DNA of 63,760 nt, counting the filler, from Pelomyxa schiedti (taxonomy: Eukaryota; Protista; Evosea), in assembly GCA_020536535.1 (NCBI GenBank). It is 8 parts of 8 records of this genome, joined end to end, with 100 filler letters (N's around TTAATTAATTAA, not from the genome) between each part and the next. Parts side by side here need not be neighbours in the genome. Positions count along the whole stretch, not along the records: positions 60,906 to 63,760 come from JAHLWZ010001871.1; 7 more parts are not named here. One strand, given 5' to 3'. The position numbers and the translations under genes were made by a program. This document shows, piece after piece, positions 63,525 through 63,760 of the stretch. The first letter of the stretch is position 1; each line of letters opens with the position of its first letter. Below the pieces are notes generated by a model. That model saw only the letters and a list, made by a program, of their open reading frames with translations. It did no database searches and was not told the DNA's origin.

Positions 63525-63760
63525 TCATTTTGGTGGGCCATAGACGCTTAGAAAAGAAAGATGAAAAGAAAAGAGGAATTGGGATTTTACGTGCCTAGTT
63601 TTTTTACGTGCCTAGTTTTCAGACACGATTTAATTAACGTTAATACGCCACATAAATCTTGGGAAAAAAGGGGTTTATAAGGAATGGACGCAGGGGAATG
63701 GTGTCAAAGGGCTGACGTAATGACAGGTGACAAACGGGCTTAGATTTTCTATCCAAATAT

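Overview
Eukaryotic (amoebozoan-like) genomic DNA, not prokaryotic. Genes are broken by many ~40-60 nt spliceosomal introns, and the gene content (CudA-like factor, RasGEF, Cdc15/SepA-like kinase, an expanded lineage-specific family) resembles the archamoeba Pelomyxa; that assignment is inferred. The window is 8 unrelated scaffolds joined by artificial N-TTAATTAATTAA-N linkers. Scaffold 1 (1-31623) is gene-dense: CDC123/R2K ATP-grasp, CudA-like TF, AF4/FMR2-CHD-like protein, Kelch-BTB, RasGEF, repeat-domain surface protein with LNR, YdjM-like hydrolase, EF-hand protein, SHOCT/Cys-rich protein, and a large protein with a Mini-III-type RNase III domain. The other scaffolds hold decayed transposons, many members or fragments of one F-box-like family, the STE kinase (GC-AG intron, 7-nt microexon), long hairpins, and a structured hairpin array ending in a tRNA-like cloverleaf with an abnormal anticodon arm (50400-50835), which is the best candidate for something undescribed. 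Two inverted chimeras look like amplification artefacts. All family calls come from manual motif recognition, not database searches.
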